This document shows positions 47,870-58,194 of a DNA stretch of 64,000 bases, piece after piece (positions within the stretch are counted from its first letter, which is position 1; each line of letters begins with the position of its first letter). Below the pieces are notes generated by a model. It did not search any database. It was not told the DNA's origin and worked only from the letters and a program-made list of their open reading frames with translations. The stretch lies in IMG/VR virus record IMGVR_UViG_3300045391_006990, positions 47,272 through 111,271 of that record. One strand, written 5' to 3'. The translations under genes and the position numbers were made by a program. Origin of the DNA: a virus.

Positions 47870-48888
47870 GAACTGGTCGGAGGCACGACGCGTTCTTCCT
47901 CGATTTCGATAGCGCGTTGTACTTGCTGCGTGGGCAGACCCTGCGGCAGCTTGAACGCGTCGAATTGCTCGAGAAGCTGCACGCAAGGCAGCAGCTCTTG
48001 GTAGAGCTCTACGGCCTTGGTGTGATCGCCACGCGCTTTCGCCTCGGTTGCCCCGTCCTGGAGCCTTATGGCCACCGCCATCAGGTCGTCGAGAAGAATG
48101 TACCCACCCCGGTAAGGGATGAGTCCTCGCCCAGAAGCTCCAACGTGATCGAGCATGCAATCAGAATTAGCCATGCAACGCCTACCAATACTTTCAGTGC
48201 GTCCGTCATTCGAGCCTTTCTTCCGCACCGTTGAAGCCAGGCTCGCCCGTAATGGGGAACCTCACTCCGACGAGTCGTCTTCTTGTAGCTGCGCGCCTAG
48301 CACCACTTTGGGCAGCGCAGGAGCCCGCAAAGCATCGGGCGGTACCGCCATTTCAGGCGGCGGGTTTGAAGAGATGGGCGATAGAGGCGGGGATGGCCAG
48401 GTTGGGTGGTCCTCTGGCGGCTCCGGGGCTGGCTGCCCAACCAGCGTCTTGTCGTCCTCTTCATTCAGTTGGTTCATCGATCCCGTTGACTTGGTACTGC
48501 TCGGCCATCTCCGAAGCTTGCCGCATCAATTCCTTGGCAGCCGCGTGGCCCATGATGATGCGGTAGTTGCCCACCACTGCCTTCAGCACGAGGCGAAGCG
48601 CAGCAAGCTGTACGAGTGTCGAATCCACTTCGCCGGCGATGATTTCTGTCAGCTCGGACTTCAGCTTGCTCGCGAGTATCAGCACCCGATCTTCGGGAAC
48701 GTCTTCGAGCGCCTGCTTGCGCTGCCACTGCGGTGGCTTCGGGTCGAGAACATCTCCCATCGCGGTTCTTATACCTCCGACGTCCGAGAGTATTACGCCC
48801 GCCCGTTCGAGCAACGTGAAGGAATGTCCAGTGGTGCATCGAGCGCGAGGGATCAGTGTGCCCCCACCGGCAAACGAAAGGGAAGATC

Positions 48889-48898
48889 GGGGATAAGA
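48889..48898 (+). promoter_or_regulatory. GGGGATAAGA promoter-like motif
   Basis: Exact copy upstream of AAGGAGG SD and ATG 48922. Confidence 0.65.
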
Positions 48899-48921
48899 GA
48901 AGTAGAAGGAGGTACGGCTTC

Positions 48922-49407
48922 ATGATTCAACTGCGCGATGTGACTGACAAAGAAGTGGTCGAGATGGCACCGGACACCAAGTGCCACCTCATCGACGGAC
49001 TGCTCTTCGTCGAGACGAAAGAGGTGAAGCGGATTGGAGCGGAGACGACGCTTCAAGAGCTTCGTGCTTTCGAGATGGTGCAAGTGGACACGGGCGTTGA
49101 TGACGACGAGCAACCCCGCATCATGTCCATCTTGCCCAAGAAGAAAAGCGGCGTGGCCATGTTCATCGCCACAGGGCTGATGGCCCTCGCCACGTTTGGT
49201 TGTAGCGGAGCGACGTACAGCTACAGCTATTCTTGTTTCGGACAGGGATGTGCGCCGCCTCCCATGCGTATCGGCTACATGTACCCGCCTTCGATACCTC
49301 AGCAGGCTCAGGTCGTGTACGTGGACCGACCAATGGAAGTGCGCGTGCTGCGTGATGGGACACCACAAATGAGAAGGGCGGCAATGCCGCGAAGGAGTTT
49401 CAAATGA
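48922..49407 (+). CDS. membrane-associated hypothetical protein
   Basis: Internal hydrophobic segment ending in ATFGC. Confidence 0.55.
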   Translation: MIQLRDVTDKEVVEMAPDTKCHLIDGLLFVETKEVKRIGAETTLQELRAFEMVQVDTGVDDDEQPRIMSILPKKKSGVAMFIATGLMALATFGCSGATYSYSYSCFGQGCAPPPMRIGYMYPPSIPQQAQVVYVDRPMEVRVLRDGTPQMRRAAMPRRSFK

Positions 49408-50126
49408 AGAACTACATCAAGATTCTGGGCGTGCTTTCGATGACTGCGTTGTTCGTTGCATGTGGCGGTGCAGAGGTTTCCTTTGCGCCGTCGGCACGCG
49501 CTGATGAACCTGCTGCCGCCGGCCAAGCCAACGGTGGTGGTGATAGCTGTACGTGCCAGCCTGGCGCCAAAGGCGACATGGGTGCTCAGGGCATCCAAGG
49601 TCCTGCTGGCCCCCAGGGCGCGCCGGGCAAGGACGGTACTTCAGCCGTCTGCGTGAACGACCTCAACAGCTGCCCGCCCGGCGTTCCTGGCGCTCAAGGC
49701 CCGGCTGGACCTGCGGGGCCGCAAGGTCCCAAGGGCGACACGGGCGCGCCGGGAAAGGACGGCATCGGCACGCAAGGACCACAAGGCCCCGTCGGGCCGA
49801 TGGGCCCTGCTGGCCAACCGGGAGCTCAAGGCCCGGCTGGACCGAAGGGTGCCGATGGCGCGGACGGTACTTTGATCACGAAGAGCTCGATGTACGTGCG
49901 CGCCTCAAGCCTAGCAACATCCGCAGCCAACGACGCCATTGCGTTTTGTGATGATGCCAACGACGTCGTGTTGACCGGTACATGCTCAAGCGAAGGCTCC
50001 ATTTGGGCGACCATCGGCGCGTACTTGCCGACCAACCCCAATTCCAAGTCGGGTTGGGAGTGCAAGGTCTCGAACATCGGTGGCAACCCGGTCAGCGCGA
50101 GCGCTGTCTGTCTGGTGGTGCCATGA
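49404..50126 (+). CDS. collagen-like lipoprotein
   Basis: Signal peptide with lipobox FVAC; long Gly-X-Y repeats; Cys-containing C-terminal domain. Confidence 0.85.
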   Translation: MKNYIKILGVLSMTALFVACGGAEVSFAPSARADEPAAAGQANGGGDSCTCQPGAKGDMGAQGIQGPAGPQGAPGKDGTSAVCVNDLNSCPPGVPGAQGPAGPAGPQGPKGDTGAPGKDGIGTQGPQGPVGPMGPAGQPGAQGPAGPKGADGADGTLITKSSMYVRASSLATSAANDAIAFCDDANDVVLTGTCSSEGSIWATIGAYLPTNPNSKSGWECKVSNIGGNPVSASAVCLVVP

Positions 50127-50476
50127 ACGCTGCCAGTCAACTAACAGACGAGGAAGGAAGGTTCTGTATTGAGCTTGCTCCGCCATTTACGGACAAGCTC
50201 AGCAAGCTGAAAGAATTCGTGGATGAGCACGACCTACTCGGCGGGCTCGACAAGAAGTACCTGCGTCAATTCCTTGAGCACCTCGACGAGCAAGGGCTCA
50301 TGGTCACCAAGTTCAAGGCAGGCGTGAAGAGTGAGAAACGCGTCCAATCATGGAAGCTGTCGTTCACCATCAACAACAGGAAGGACTTCGAAGGCGAAGC
50401 ACATGACTTCGCCGACGCGTTCCTGGCCATGGCCGAGAGTTTCGAGACGTACTTGAACAACGCATTGAAGAGCTGA
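50123..50476 (+). CDS. hypothetical protein
   Basis: ATGA coupling; followed by a terminator-like hairpin at ~50484-50512. Confidence 0.55.
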   Translation: MNAASQLTDEEGRFCIELAPPFTDKLSKLKEFVDEHDLLGGLDKKYLRQFLEHLDEQGLMVTKFKAGVKSEKRVQSWKLSFTINNRKDFEGEAHDFADAFLAMAESFETYLNNALKS

Positions 50477-50507
50477 GAGAGCGCGGGGCTTTGCCCCGTC
50501 CTCTTTC

Positions 50508-51272
50508 TTAGCCCTCCATCGAGTACAACGGATCGAACGTTGCGATGCTGCCCACGTCGACGTCGAACACGTTCAGGTCGTCGCTGTGCATCACTTCATC
50601 GGAGCTCGGCTTGTAGCGTCGCTTCTCCGCAGGACGCCCTGCCCCCATGATGTCGCGCTCGGTGAGGGAGCGGATGCGATCACGCATACGGTCAGGGTCG
50701 ACGCCGACGGCTTCGCAGATCGAAGTGAAGCCGGTGAGCTCCTTGCCGCTGAGCTCGCGCTGGCGCCATGCGCTGGTGTCCGGCTCTTCGACGAACAGCC
50801 AGTTGTACGCGTTGTCGGCCAGCATGCGGTTGGGCAGCTTCGAGCTCGTCCGGTACAGCACCCAATCGAAAGCGGCGCGCCGGACAATTTCCAGTAGGAG
50901 TGCACGGCAGTTGCCCGACTCGAGTTGGGGGTCGGAGTCTGGGCTGTACGGACGCTCGTCCGGGTCCCAGGCGCTGTCCAGGTCGAAGCCGTCGAGCTTT
51001 GGCGGCGCCGGCAGCTGGCCGGGCGCCAGCGCCTGCACTGAGGTCTTCCGCGCCTTCCTGCGCTTGCGCGGGCGGCGCGCGCGGGGCCGTGGGAGCTCCT
51101 CGCCCAAGAGCAGCGACAGTCGGGTCAGCGGCCCCGTCACGGTCTGGTAGGTGAAGTCGGCAGACACGCCCACAGTCGGCGCGGCGTCAGACGCGCGGCC
51201 GGCATGGAGCAAGGCGATGGCCCCCTCGGACACTTCCCGGAGGGCCAGCTGGAGCTGGCTGTTGTCGAACAT
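50508..51272 (-). CDS. hypothetical protein
   Basis: RALLLEIVRRAAFDW..AYNWLF..FTSICEAVGVDP motif. Confidence 0.6.
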   Translation of the reverse strand: MFDNSQLQLALREVSEGAIALLHAGRASDAAPTVGVSADFTYQTVTGPLTRLSLLLGEELPRPRARRPRKRRKARKTSVQALAPGQLPAPPKLDGFDLDSAWDPDERPYSPDSDPQLESGNCRALLLEIVRRAAFDWVLYRTSSKLPNRMLADNAYNWLFVEEPDTSAWRQRELSGKELTGFTSICEAVGVDPDRMRDRIRSLTERDIMGAGRPAEKRRYKPSSDEVMHSDDLNVFDVDVGSIATFDPLYSMEG

Positions 51273-51274
51273 GG

Positions 51275-52183
51275 CTAACTCACCGAAACGTTTGCGGGTA
51301 CGTCCCCTTGTACGGGCGTGTTGGGAATCCGGATGATGGAACTGTCGGCGCGCAGCGCCTGCAGCTGGGCCGCGCCGGGCGCCAAGCCGCGTAGGATGAC
51401 CTTCTCCGAGGTCACCTCGACTCCAAGCACGTTCGTGTCGGAGCTGCGCCACATGACGTCGACGAGCGCCGTCCCTGGCAGCTGGCGGCCGCTGGAGTCC
51501 CACACCGTGGGCGTCACCTGAATCTCGTTGGCCACGCCGATGCCGATGTTGTACGGGCCGGGCGGGTCCAGCTCGACGCGGTCGATCACCGGGAACAGCA
51601 GGTCCGGTAGGTTCGAGCTCGGATAGTCGGGGATGGTGATACAGCGCTGCTGGTCTTCGAAGCCTTCCACCGTCACGTCGTATTGGCCGAAACGTACGAG
51701 GTCGATTTCGAAGTAGCCCTGCTCATCAGTGCGGCCGCTCACGCGCTCTTTGAGCATCGCATCGCCTTCGAACAAGAGAGGGTCAAACTTGGCGATGAAT
51801 TGGATGTCGTGGTTGGGTGCGCGCGCACCGTTGGGCTTGAGGAAGAAACCAGAGCAGCGGCAGAGCCGCGGATGCACAGCCTCTGGCGGCTTGTACACGT
51901 GACCCACGATCGGAAACTCGTTGGTGCTGGGAGCTACCGGAGCTTCGAGCACGCTGAAGCTCTGCACGGGGTAGAGCGAGAACTTCGGCTTGAAGAAACG
52001 CGCTTGGTAGGTGACCGGCGCCAAAAGGTTGAACACCACCTCGCCGTCGGCATCGGTGGTGCTTTGCATGATGAAGTTCGTGCCCGTGCTGTCGAAGACT
52101 CGAACCACCACACCAGGCACCGGCGTCTTGGCTGAATCGTCGTCGGTTACGGTGATGGTGACGAGCTCGAAAGACGACATCAA
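51275..52183 (-). CDS. putative structural protein with transthyretin-like/Ig-like beta domains
   Basis: Repeated TTDADG / RTDEQG motifs; WRSSDTNV Big-2-like end. Confidence 0.6.
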   Translation of the reverse strand: MMSSFELVTITVTDDDSAKTPVPGVVVRVFDSTGTNFIMQSTTDADGEVVFNLLAPVTYQARFFKPKFSLYPVQSFSVLEAPVAPSTNEFPIVGHVYKPPEAVHPRLCRCSGFFLKPNGARAPNHDIQFIAKFDPLLFEGDAMLKERVSGRTDEQGYFEIDLVRFGQYDVTVEGFEDQQRCITIPDYPSSNLPDLLFPVIDRVELDPPGPYNIGIGVANEIQVTPTVWDSSGRQLPGTALVDVMWRSSDTNVLGVEVTSEKVILRGLAPGAAQLQALRADSSIIRIPNTPVQGDVPANVSVS

Positions 52184-52605
52184 GCACTCCTTAGCTGCAT
52201 CAACGGGCGCTGTGGCGACACCATGTTCAACGTTTCACCAGCGCGGGGCACGTACGACATCTGCACGCGCCGAACGCCGTCGATATTGAGAGCCAGGCGC
52301 ATACGTGCGCCGATGAGCCCCGCTTCCTTCAAGTAATGCTTGAGCGACAAGCCAGCGCGGTGCGTCAGGCGGTGCGTGCGCACCTGGCCCGCTACGACCA
52401 GCTTGATGAAAAGGGCGGGGGGCACGTCCGAGGCGTGCGTGTCGTCAGACTCCGGATAACCCTCCAGAGCTGGCTGCACACGTAAAGGGATGAACGCGAC
52501 ATCGCTTGCGGGCGGTGTTGGTCGACCTGCGTCGTTGGTGAAGTAGCTGGCCGGAGCCTGCTCAGCCCACATCCCACCGTTTCTCGGAGTGCCCCCCATA
52601 GTCAT
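52180..52605 (-). CDS. hypothetical protein, possible beta-grasp domain
   Basis: GLSLKHYLKEAGL..LNIDG..GETLNM; coupled on both sides. Confidence 0.45.
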   Translation of the reverse strand: MTMGGTPRNGGMWAEQAPASYFTNDAGRPTPPASDVAFIPLRVQPALEGYPESDDTHASDVPPALFIKLVVAGQVRTHRLTHRAGLSLKHYLKEAGLIGARMRLALNIDGVRRVQMSYVPRAGETLNMVSPQRPLMQLRSA

Positions 52606-53636
52606 AAACTCCTGCGCTCCATGGTTGGTATCAAGGGGACGCGCGCGCGGAAGTAGTCATCTTGAGTAGCGAAGTTATCGTCGACGAGCAAGAACGAAGT
52701 GACGCTCTGATCCGTCGGTGACACGATTTCCTTGGCAATGTTGGTACCGCTAATGGCGAGCGTGTACGTCTGGCCACGCACGAGCGTGAACTCGACATGG
52801 CCGTTCGCGTCGGTCTTCTGCACTAGGTCGCTACCGGCCACCAACTTGCCTGCGATGAGTGCGCCGACGAATGGCGTGCGAAGAGATACCTCGATGCCGG
52901 TAATCGGCTTACCAGCGCTGTCGATGAGGTCGAGGTATCCGACCACTACGTTGATTGGGTCGACGCCGATTACAGACGACGCACTGTACGTCGGCCCGAA
53001 TTCACTCACCGTGTTGCTCAGACGATTACGAAAACGTGTCTTGTAAAAGTAGGCAGAAGAACCGCCCTTGTCTGAAAACGTGTACGAGTTTTGCCCCTGC
53101 ACCAGTGTGGGGCGCGCTTCGACGCCATACGCCATGCTAGCTGGCGAGGTCAAAGGCAGACCTAGAAAAGAGGCTGCGTCGCTGGTAACGACGCGGAGCG
53201 TGGCGGCGGTGCCAGGCTCCATTGTTTCGATGACCAACTGAGTGCTGCTGTCGACCCATGCGCGCAGGCGGCCCAGGCTCTGCGTCTGAATCTGGGCCGC
53301 GGCTTGCGCACGTGTCAACGGATCGACGCCAGTGAACGTCACGGCGATGGTGCTCGTCTCATTGAGGATGAGCTCGAGCGTCAGGCCTACAATGTTCACG
53401 TTCGGGCCGGTAAGAGGAGGTACTGGTGGTTCTCCTCCGAGGCGTGGAAGACGGGCGCCGCGCCAAGCAGGGCCCGTCACCTCTTCGTACGCCCCGCCCT
53501 CAGCCACGCGCGATCTCCATACCTCCAGCGAGTCGAAAAGACCGACAAAGTCTTCGTCACGCGCCAAGATGTTGAGGGTCACAACCTCGAAGGCTTGCGA
53601 TACCTGTGACTGAGCGGGGCTGAGGGTGAGGATCAT
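52602..53636 (-). CDS. putative structural protein
   Basis: Beta-rich; YFYKTRF and KTDANGHVEFTL motifs. Confidence 0.6.
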   Translation of the reverse strand: MILTLSPAQSQVSQAFEVVTLNILARDEDFVGLFDSLEVWRSRVAEGGAYEEVTGPAWRGARLPRLGGEPPVPPLTGPNVNIVGLTLELILNETSTIAVTFTGVDPLTRAQAAAQIQTQSLGRLRAWVDSSTQLVIETMEPGTAATLRVVTSDAASFLGLPLTSPASMAYGVEARPTLVQGQNSYTFSDKGGSSAYFYKTRFRNRLSNTVSEFGPTYSASSVIGVDPINVVVGYLDLIDSAGKPITGIEVSLRTPFVGALIAGKLVAGSDLVQKTDANGHVEFTLVRGQTYTLAISGTNIAKEIVSPTDQSVTSFLLVDDNFATQDDYFRARVPLIPTMERRSL

Positions 53637-53639
53637 GGC

Positions 53640-54053
53640 CTATTTTCGCATCAAGGCCTGACGTTGATCGATCGGGCGTTGAACGAGATAGCCGTCCTCG
53701 GTGATCATGAAGAGACGCAGGTCGGTCTTGTATTTGGCCTCTAGCAGCTTCATGAAGTTGGCAGCTTCGTGTGCGATGGTGTTGGCGTCAGCCTGTGACC
53801 GTTGTAGCTCCCGCGAATACATCGTGACCTGAAGCTCTGCGTTGGCGGCACGTTGCCCCAGCAATTTGTACTCCAGAAGATCTTCGCGTTCAACCTGCGT
53901 TGGCGTGGAGGGTGATGTAGGCGCCTCTTGTACGCCAGACTCGGCGATCACCCGCTCCATCTCGGTTACGCGGGTATCGAGGTTCACGTCGAAGTGAGCC
54001 TGTTCTTCGGGGGTGGGAGGACCGCCGCCCAGCTTTTGCGCTGCGTTTTCCAT
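53640..54053 (-). CDS. coiled-coil hypothetical protein
   Basis: AGGA SD; in the operon after 54056-54271. Confidence 0.55.
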   Translation of the reverse strand: MENAAQKLGGGPPTPEEQAHFDVNLDTRVTEMERVIAESGVQEAPTSPSTPTQVEREDLLEYKLLGQRAANAELQVTMYSRELQRSQADANTIAHEAANFMKLLEAKYKTDLRLFMITEDGYLVQRPIDQRQALMRK

Positions 54054-54055
54054 GT

Positions 54056-54271
54056 TTATCCTGTCAGAAACTCGTTGATTTGTGTCACTACCAGGCCCGA
54101 GGCCTGCTGAACTGAGGCTTGGGCCAGACGGTCCGCGCCGGTGCGGCCGCGCAGGATGCGCTTGCAGGTATCTACCCGGTGGGTGAGCTGCTTGCGCTGC
54201 GCGGCCGCGTACTGTTTCACCGCTTGTTCGAGTTGGTCGAGACGCGCATTCCGCTCGGCAGTGGTCGCCAT
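54056..54271 (-). CDS. small helical protein, likely leaderless
   Basis: TAGGAT 6 nt upstream of the ATG. Confidence 0.55.
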   Translation of the reverse strand: MATTAERNARLDQLEQAVKQYAAAQRKQLTHRVDTCKRILRGRTGADRLAQASVQQASGLVVTQINEFLTG

Positions 54272-54975
54272 CCTGAGATCCTAGCCGGCTGGCTCTTCTT
54301 TTGCGATGGTTTTGGTGAGCTGCCCGCCTTGTCGCCGAATTTCGCAGCCACTTCTTGGATGTTCCGGTAGCTGAAACGGTGGATAGGGCACGGGCCGTAC
54401 CGAGCCAACGCCGAGTTGTGCTGCCCTGTTCCGTAGCCCTTGTGGTTGGAAAAACCGTACATCGGCCAGAGCTGATGCAGCTCCTTCATGCAAGCATCCC
54501 GGTCTTCCTTGGCCAAGATGGAGGCTGCGCTCACTGCCGTGACGAGCACGTCGGCCTTGGGCAGGCACACCATGTTGTCGAGCTTGAACGGCAGCTCATT
54601 GCCATCCATGACGACTAGGGCATGCGGGTAGAGCGCACGGCAGCGCAGTACCACCTGCTTCACCAAATCATCGCGTGCGTGGTGCACCCCCATCTTGTCG
54701 ATGTCCTGGCTGGTGTGTCCCAGGATTACGGAAAAGGCCAGGTTGGGTGGGACGAGTGCGTCTCGTATCGCGCGCTGGCGTTGCTGGTGGTCTAGCTGTT
54801 TTGAGTCGCGCACGCGCGGGTCTTTCCAACCAGCACGCACTACAGCCGCACCTACGAACACCGGTCCGGCGATGCAGCCATAGCCCACCTCATCCACGCC
54901 GATGATGAACGAACCTTGTGGTTGTGCGGCCACAGCTTCTAGCGCGTAACGCTGCGGGTTGGTCAATTGCTTCAT
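54217..54975 (-). CDS. rnhB: ribonuclease HII
   Basis: GVDEVGYGCIAGP, RDSKQL, MDGN, KAD..VSAASILAK..RD, HKGYGT, PIHRFSY; start uncertain. Confidence 0.92.
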   Translation of the reverse strand: MKQLTNPQRYALEAVAAQPQGSFIIGVDEVGYGCIAGPVFVGAAVVRAGWKDPRVRDSKQLDHQQRQRAIRDALVPPNLAFSVILGHTSQDIDKMGVHHARDDLVKQVVLRCRALYPHALVVMDGNELPFKLDNMVCLPKADVLVTAVSAASILAKEDRDACMKELHQLWPMYGFSNHKGYGTGQHNSALARYGPCPIHRFSYRNIQEVAAKFGDKAGSSPKPSQKKSQPARISGWRPLPSGMRVSTNSNKR

Positions 54976-55299
54976 ATGCTTAGTAAAGAGCGCCGGCGAA
55001 GGCCACCGGCGCCACATGGGTTGCTAGCTACGTCTTTCCTTCCCAAGCGATGATACTGCGCTCATCGGCAAACGCAATTTCACCGGTGTCTTCGAAGCGC
55101 GCCTCAAAACCGATACAACCGTTGACGTGTTGCATGCGCACGGACGTGATGGTGATGCGTACCACAGGCCCCGCATGATCACCTTCAGCAGCGTCTTTAC
55201 TCGGTTGATACTTCTGCCAAAGACAGATGTCTCCAACTTGCAAAGCCACGTCCTTTGCGTTTCTCAAGCCTGGAGTAAACCTACTACGATTAATTTCCA

Positions 55300-56283
55300 T
55301 TACTTCTTGTCGACCTTGGGTACGTACTTCGCGTGCTCTGCTGCGAAGTACTCAGCCGTCTTCGCATTGGCGTAGTCGAGCTTGAACACTTCAGGGGCAA
55401 ACGGGTCAGTGTCGCTCGTTGCGAAGACTTGAAAAAGCTCATCTACTTCGCGTTTCGACATTCCGATGTTCAGCATGCCTGCTTTTGTGGCTATTGAAGT
55501 AGCTCGCGGTTCCAACGCGCCACTACTGTCGAAGATGAGATGGCGTAACAGCTGCATCTCCATGCGGCTGAATGTCTTCGATTGGTACTTGTAGTCGACG
55601 AAGGCCTCGAAAGCATTCGGCGCCACGACGTTGCAGATACCTGCTTTCACCCGCGCCGTCTCTTGGATCTCCCACTGCGCATGCTTGTCGACGCGCAGCT
55701 TCAAGAAGTCGAGGCAGTTCTTGAGGTCGATCTTCCAGTACCACTCGGTGTAGAGCGAGAGCGGTAGGTGCAGCCGAGCAAGCTCGCGTGCCAAGTCTAT
55801 GCCTTCCCCGACGCACAACTCATAGAGCGCGGCCGCTTCTTCCTGCAGGTGCTTCCACTTGTAGCGAATGCGTTCGCCGACCACTACGTCGATGGGCTCC
55901 GCTCGCCCTTGGCGGTTCTTCTTACTCTGCGAGCCCATGTGCTCGAGCTCTGGCATGTAGAACTGCATCGACGGTAACGAATACCTTAGTGAGTACTCAT
56001 TCACGCTGGCCGTACGATGGCGGATTAGCTGCCTTGCCACGAAGATGGGCAGGCGCACGTGGAACTTGAGCTCCACCATTTCGAAGGGTGACGTGTGGGT
56101 ATGCCGCATCATGTAGCGCAGCAAGCCACGATCATCACTCGGTGTTTTGGTACCTGCACCGTAGCTGGTGCGCGCCGCCTGCACAATGGCAGCGTCGTCA
56201 CCCATGTAGTCCACCAAGGCCACGAAGCCGTGATCGAGGACAGGGAAGTACTTGCCAACTAGTTCGTCTGCTTCTTGAGTCAT
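55300..56283 (-). CDS. thyX: flavin-dependent thymidylate synthase
   Basis: AARTSYG, HTSPFE, PIFVARQLIRHRTASVNEYSLRYS, ARELAR..LP, LRVDKHAQWEI. Confidence 0.95.
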   Translation of the reverse strand: MTQEADELVGKYFPVLDHGFVALVDYMGDDAAIVQAARTSYGAGTKTPSDDRGLLRYMMRHTHTSPFEMVELKFHVRLPIFVARQLIRHRTASVNEYSLRYSLPSMQFYMPELEHMGSQSKKNRQGRAEPIDVVVGERIRYKWKHLQEEAAALYELCVGEGIDLARELARLHLPLSLYTEWYWKIDLKNCLDFLKLRVDKHAQWEIQETARVKAGICNVVAPNAFEAFVDYKYQSKTFSRMEMQLLRHLIFDSSGALEPRATSIATKAGMLNIGMSKREVDELFQVFATSDTDPFAPEVFKLDYANAKTAEYFAAEHAKYVPKVDKK

Positions 56284-56637
56284 TTCTTCACCAGGTCTTT
56301 CGTCAATTCGTCTTTCAAGTAAATGTCGGTGTGGTTCCACTGCGACTCGAGCGAGCTCCACTGAACAGAGAAACGCCCTACGTCTTCGCTGTCGGATGGG
56401 CTGCGTTGTGTACCAACCAGGATGATGGTGCCTCGCGCCACCTGTACCTGGTTCACGTCTTCGTCCAGCAGTGCGCCTTCGAGCTCCTCGAGCATCTCGC
56501 ACGAGAGCGGCATCTTGCCCGTGCACTCAGGAGGCTGCGAGCAGACCTTGTCCGGTACTGGAGAGGTCCGCCCGCACATCTTGCACACGAAGAGCTGCTT
56601 GCCGCTCGGCGAGGTTGCGTACAGCTCAACCCACCTG

Positions 56638-56955
56638 CTATGCGCCCGTGGCAGGCTGACCTCCCGCCGTCTCGAGCGCTTGCGCTGCCGCTCTGCGTGC
56701 GAGCTCGGCCATACCCTCCATGCTCTTGGCGCCGAGGAGCGTGGGGTTGAAGGCCACGATGTCGTAGAGGCCCTTGGGCGGCGTCGGATGCCCAACGTCG
56801 AAGTAGGCCGTAGCCGGATCGTTGAAGCGCTCGAGGCGAAAGACTTGGTAGCCCTTGTCCGCCACTTCGTTGAGCTTCTTCTCGAGCTCGGCGTGCGGGA
56901 CGTTGCTGATGACGAGCCAGATCTTCTCCGGCTCGTCCTGCTTCTTTTCTTGCAT
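56638..56955 (-). CDS. hypothetical protein
   Basis: GAGGA SD; LEKKLNE..GYQV motif. Confidence 0.55.
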   Translation of the reverse strand: MQEKKQDEPEKIWLVISNVPHAELEKKLNEVADKGYQVFRLERFNDPATAYFDVGHPTPPKGLYDIVAFNPTLLGAKSMEGMAELARRAAAQALETAGGQPATGA

Positions 56956-56970
56956 GTAGTTCCTCTACCG

Positions 56971-58155
56971 CTATTCGCCGGGTGGCTTCAAGAAAGTACC
57001 GGCAGCCTGCTTCAACTGCATGCTTTCGCCGGCGTCCACGCTCTTCTCGGCAAGGTGCGCCAGCACGGATGAAGCCCACCACTTCGAGAGCAGCGGGTTG
57101 CCTGCGCTGTCCACGCCGGCCGGAGGCAGGTCTTGGATGCGCTCGTTCATCATGGTCTCCACCGTGGTCAGGTCCTTCTTGGACAAGAACTTGGCCAAGT
57201 GGTTCTTGAGCTCGTGCCATGGCACCTTCTCATTGTGCGCGGCCGTGATGGCATCGAGCACCTTCTTCACCTGCTCGGGCTTGAGCACCTCGCGCACCGC
57301 GCTCATCGTCGCCGCAGCCACAGCCTCAAGCTCCTTCTTGGCCACGAGATCATCGAGCTGCAGGTCGGTTTCTTCGACCACCGAGCTCAGGTGCACGCGG
57401 CTGAAGGTGTCGTCAGTGACGAGATTGCCGAAGCCGTTGAGGCGCATCACGGTGTGGCTGATCTTGAGCTTGCCCTGCCCGAAGTCGCTGTTGCTCCAAG
57501 CCACGCCCATCGCTACGTACTCGCCAGGGATCGGCATGAATACGTACGGCAGGTAGCACTGCAGGTGAACCCGCATGTCCGTGATGGTGGCCTTTGCCGG
57601 CTTCGCACCCACCTCCGTGATGGCAGCCAAGAAGGGTTGGAGCATCGTGGCGCTGAGCAAGTGGCGGTTGTAGCTCTGCGTGAGTACAGCACGCAGCTCA
57701 TCACCCACCAGTCGGTGTAGAAACTTGGCTGGCTGCTTCTTGCGGTTGGTGAAGAGCTGGTGTGAGAACAGCATGTTGAAGTTGTGCGCCAGGAGATACC
57801 GGCGCCATGCGTCCTTGCTCGTGACGTTCAGCTTGCCGGCGTACATGCGCGGCATATCGAAGAGGTCGCACAACTGTCCAATCGCGTGCTGGTGCACTTT
57901 GATGGGCTCGGACTTACCGTCGCGGTTGTAGTTGATGCAGAGTGGGTTGTTGTCCCCGCTACCCCAAGTGTCGGCCGAGAAGTTCATGAACTTCTGGTCC
58001 ATCGGTACGTACCGATCACGAGGGATGTTCTTGGTGCAGTACTCGATAAGCCTCTGCTGTTCGTCGGTACCGATCTTGATGTAAGAAAGCACACGCTGGC
58101 GTGCAGCGCGCGAGGCCTCATTGTCCTCTGCTCCGTATTCAGCGGCTGTGATCAT
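56971..58155 (-). CDS. DUF932-like phage protein
   Basis: HAIGQLC..P..Y, LRAVLTQSY, SNSDFGQG..R..H pattern; AAGGAG SD. Confidence 0.6.
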   Translation of the reverse strand: MITAAEYGAEDNEASRAARQRVLSYIKIGTDEQQRLIEYCTKNIPRDRYVPMDQKFMNFSADTWGSGDNNPLCINYNRDGKSEPIKVHQHAIGQLCDLFDMPRMYAGKLNVTSKDAWRRYLLAHNFNMLFSHQLFTNRKKQPAKFLHRLVGDELRAVLTQSYNRHLLSATMLQPFLAAITEVGAKPAKATITDMRVHLQCYLPYVFMPIPGEYVAMGVAWSNSDFGQGKLKISHTVMRLNGFGNLVTDDTFSRVHLSSVVEETDLQLDDLVAKKELEAVAAATMSAVREVLKPEQVKKVLDAITAAHNEKVPWHELKNHLAKFLSKKDLTTVETMMNERIQDLPPAGVDSAGNPLLSKWWASSVLAHLAEKSVDAGESMQLKQAAGTFLKPPGE

Positions 58156-58194
58156 GCCGCTCCTTTCACGTAGTCACCGCTTGCGCGGCTACGT

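Noticed and set aside
46493-48004. 503-aa plus-strand ORF
   Set aside because: Antisense to the zinc-ribbon gene and its neighbours; no motifs.
49560-49870. Tandem DNA repeat
   Set aside because: The periodicity is fully explained by Gly-X-Y collagen coding.
52180-52605. Ubiquitin-like conjugation system
   Set aside because: Only a weak beta-grasp resemblance, no C-terminal Gly-Gly, and no E1/E2/JAB genes in the window.
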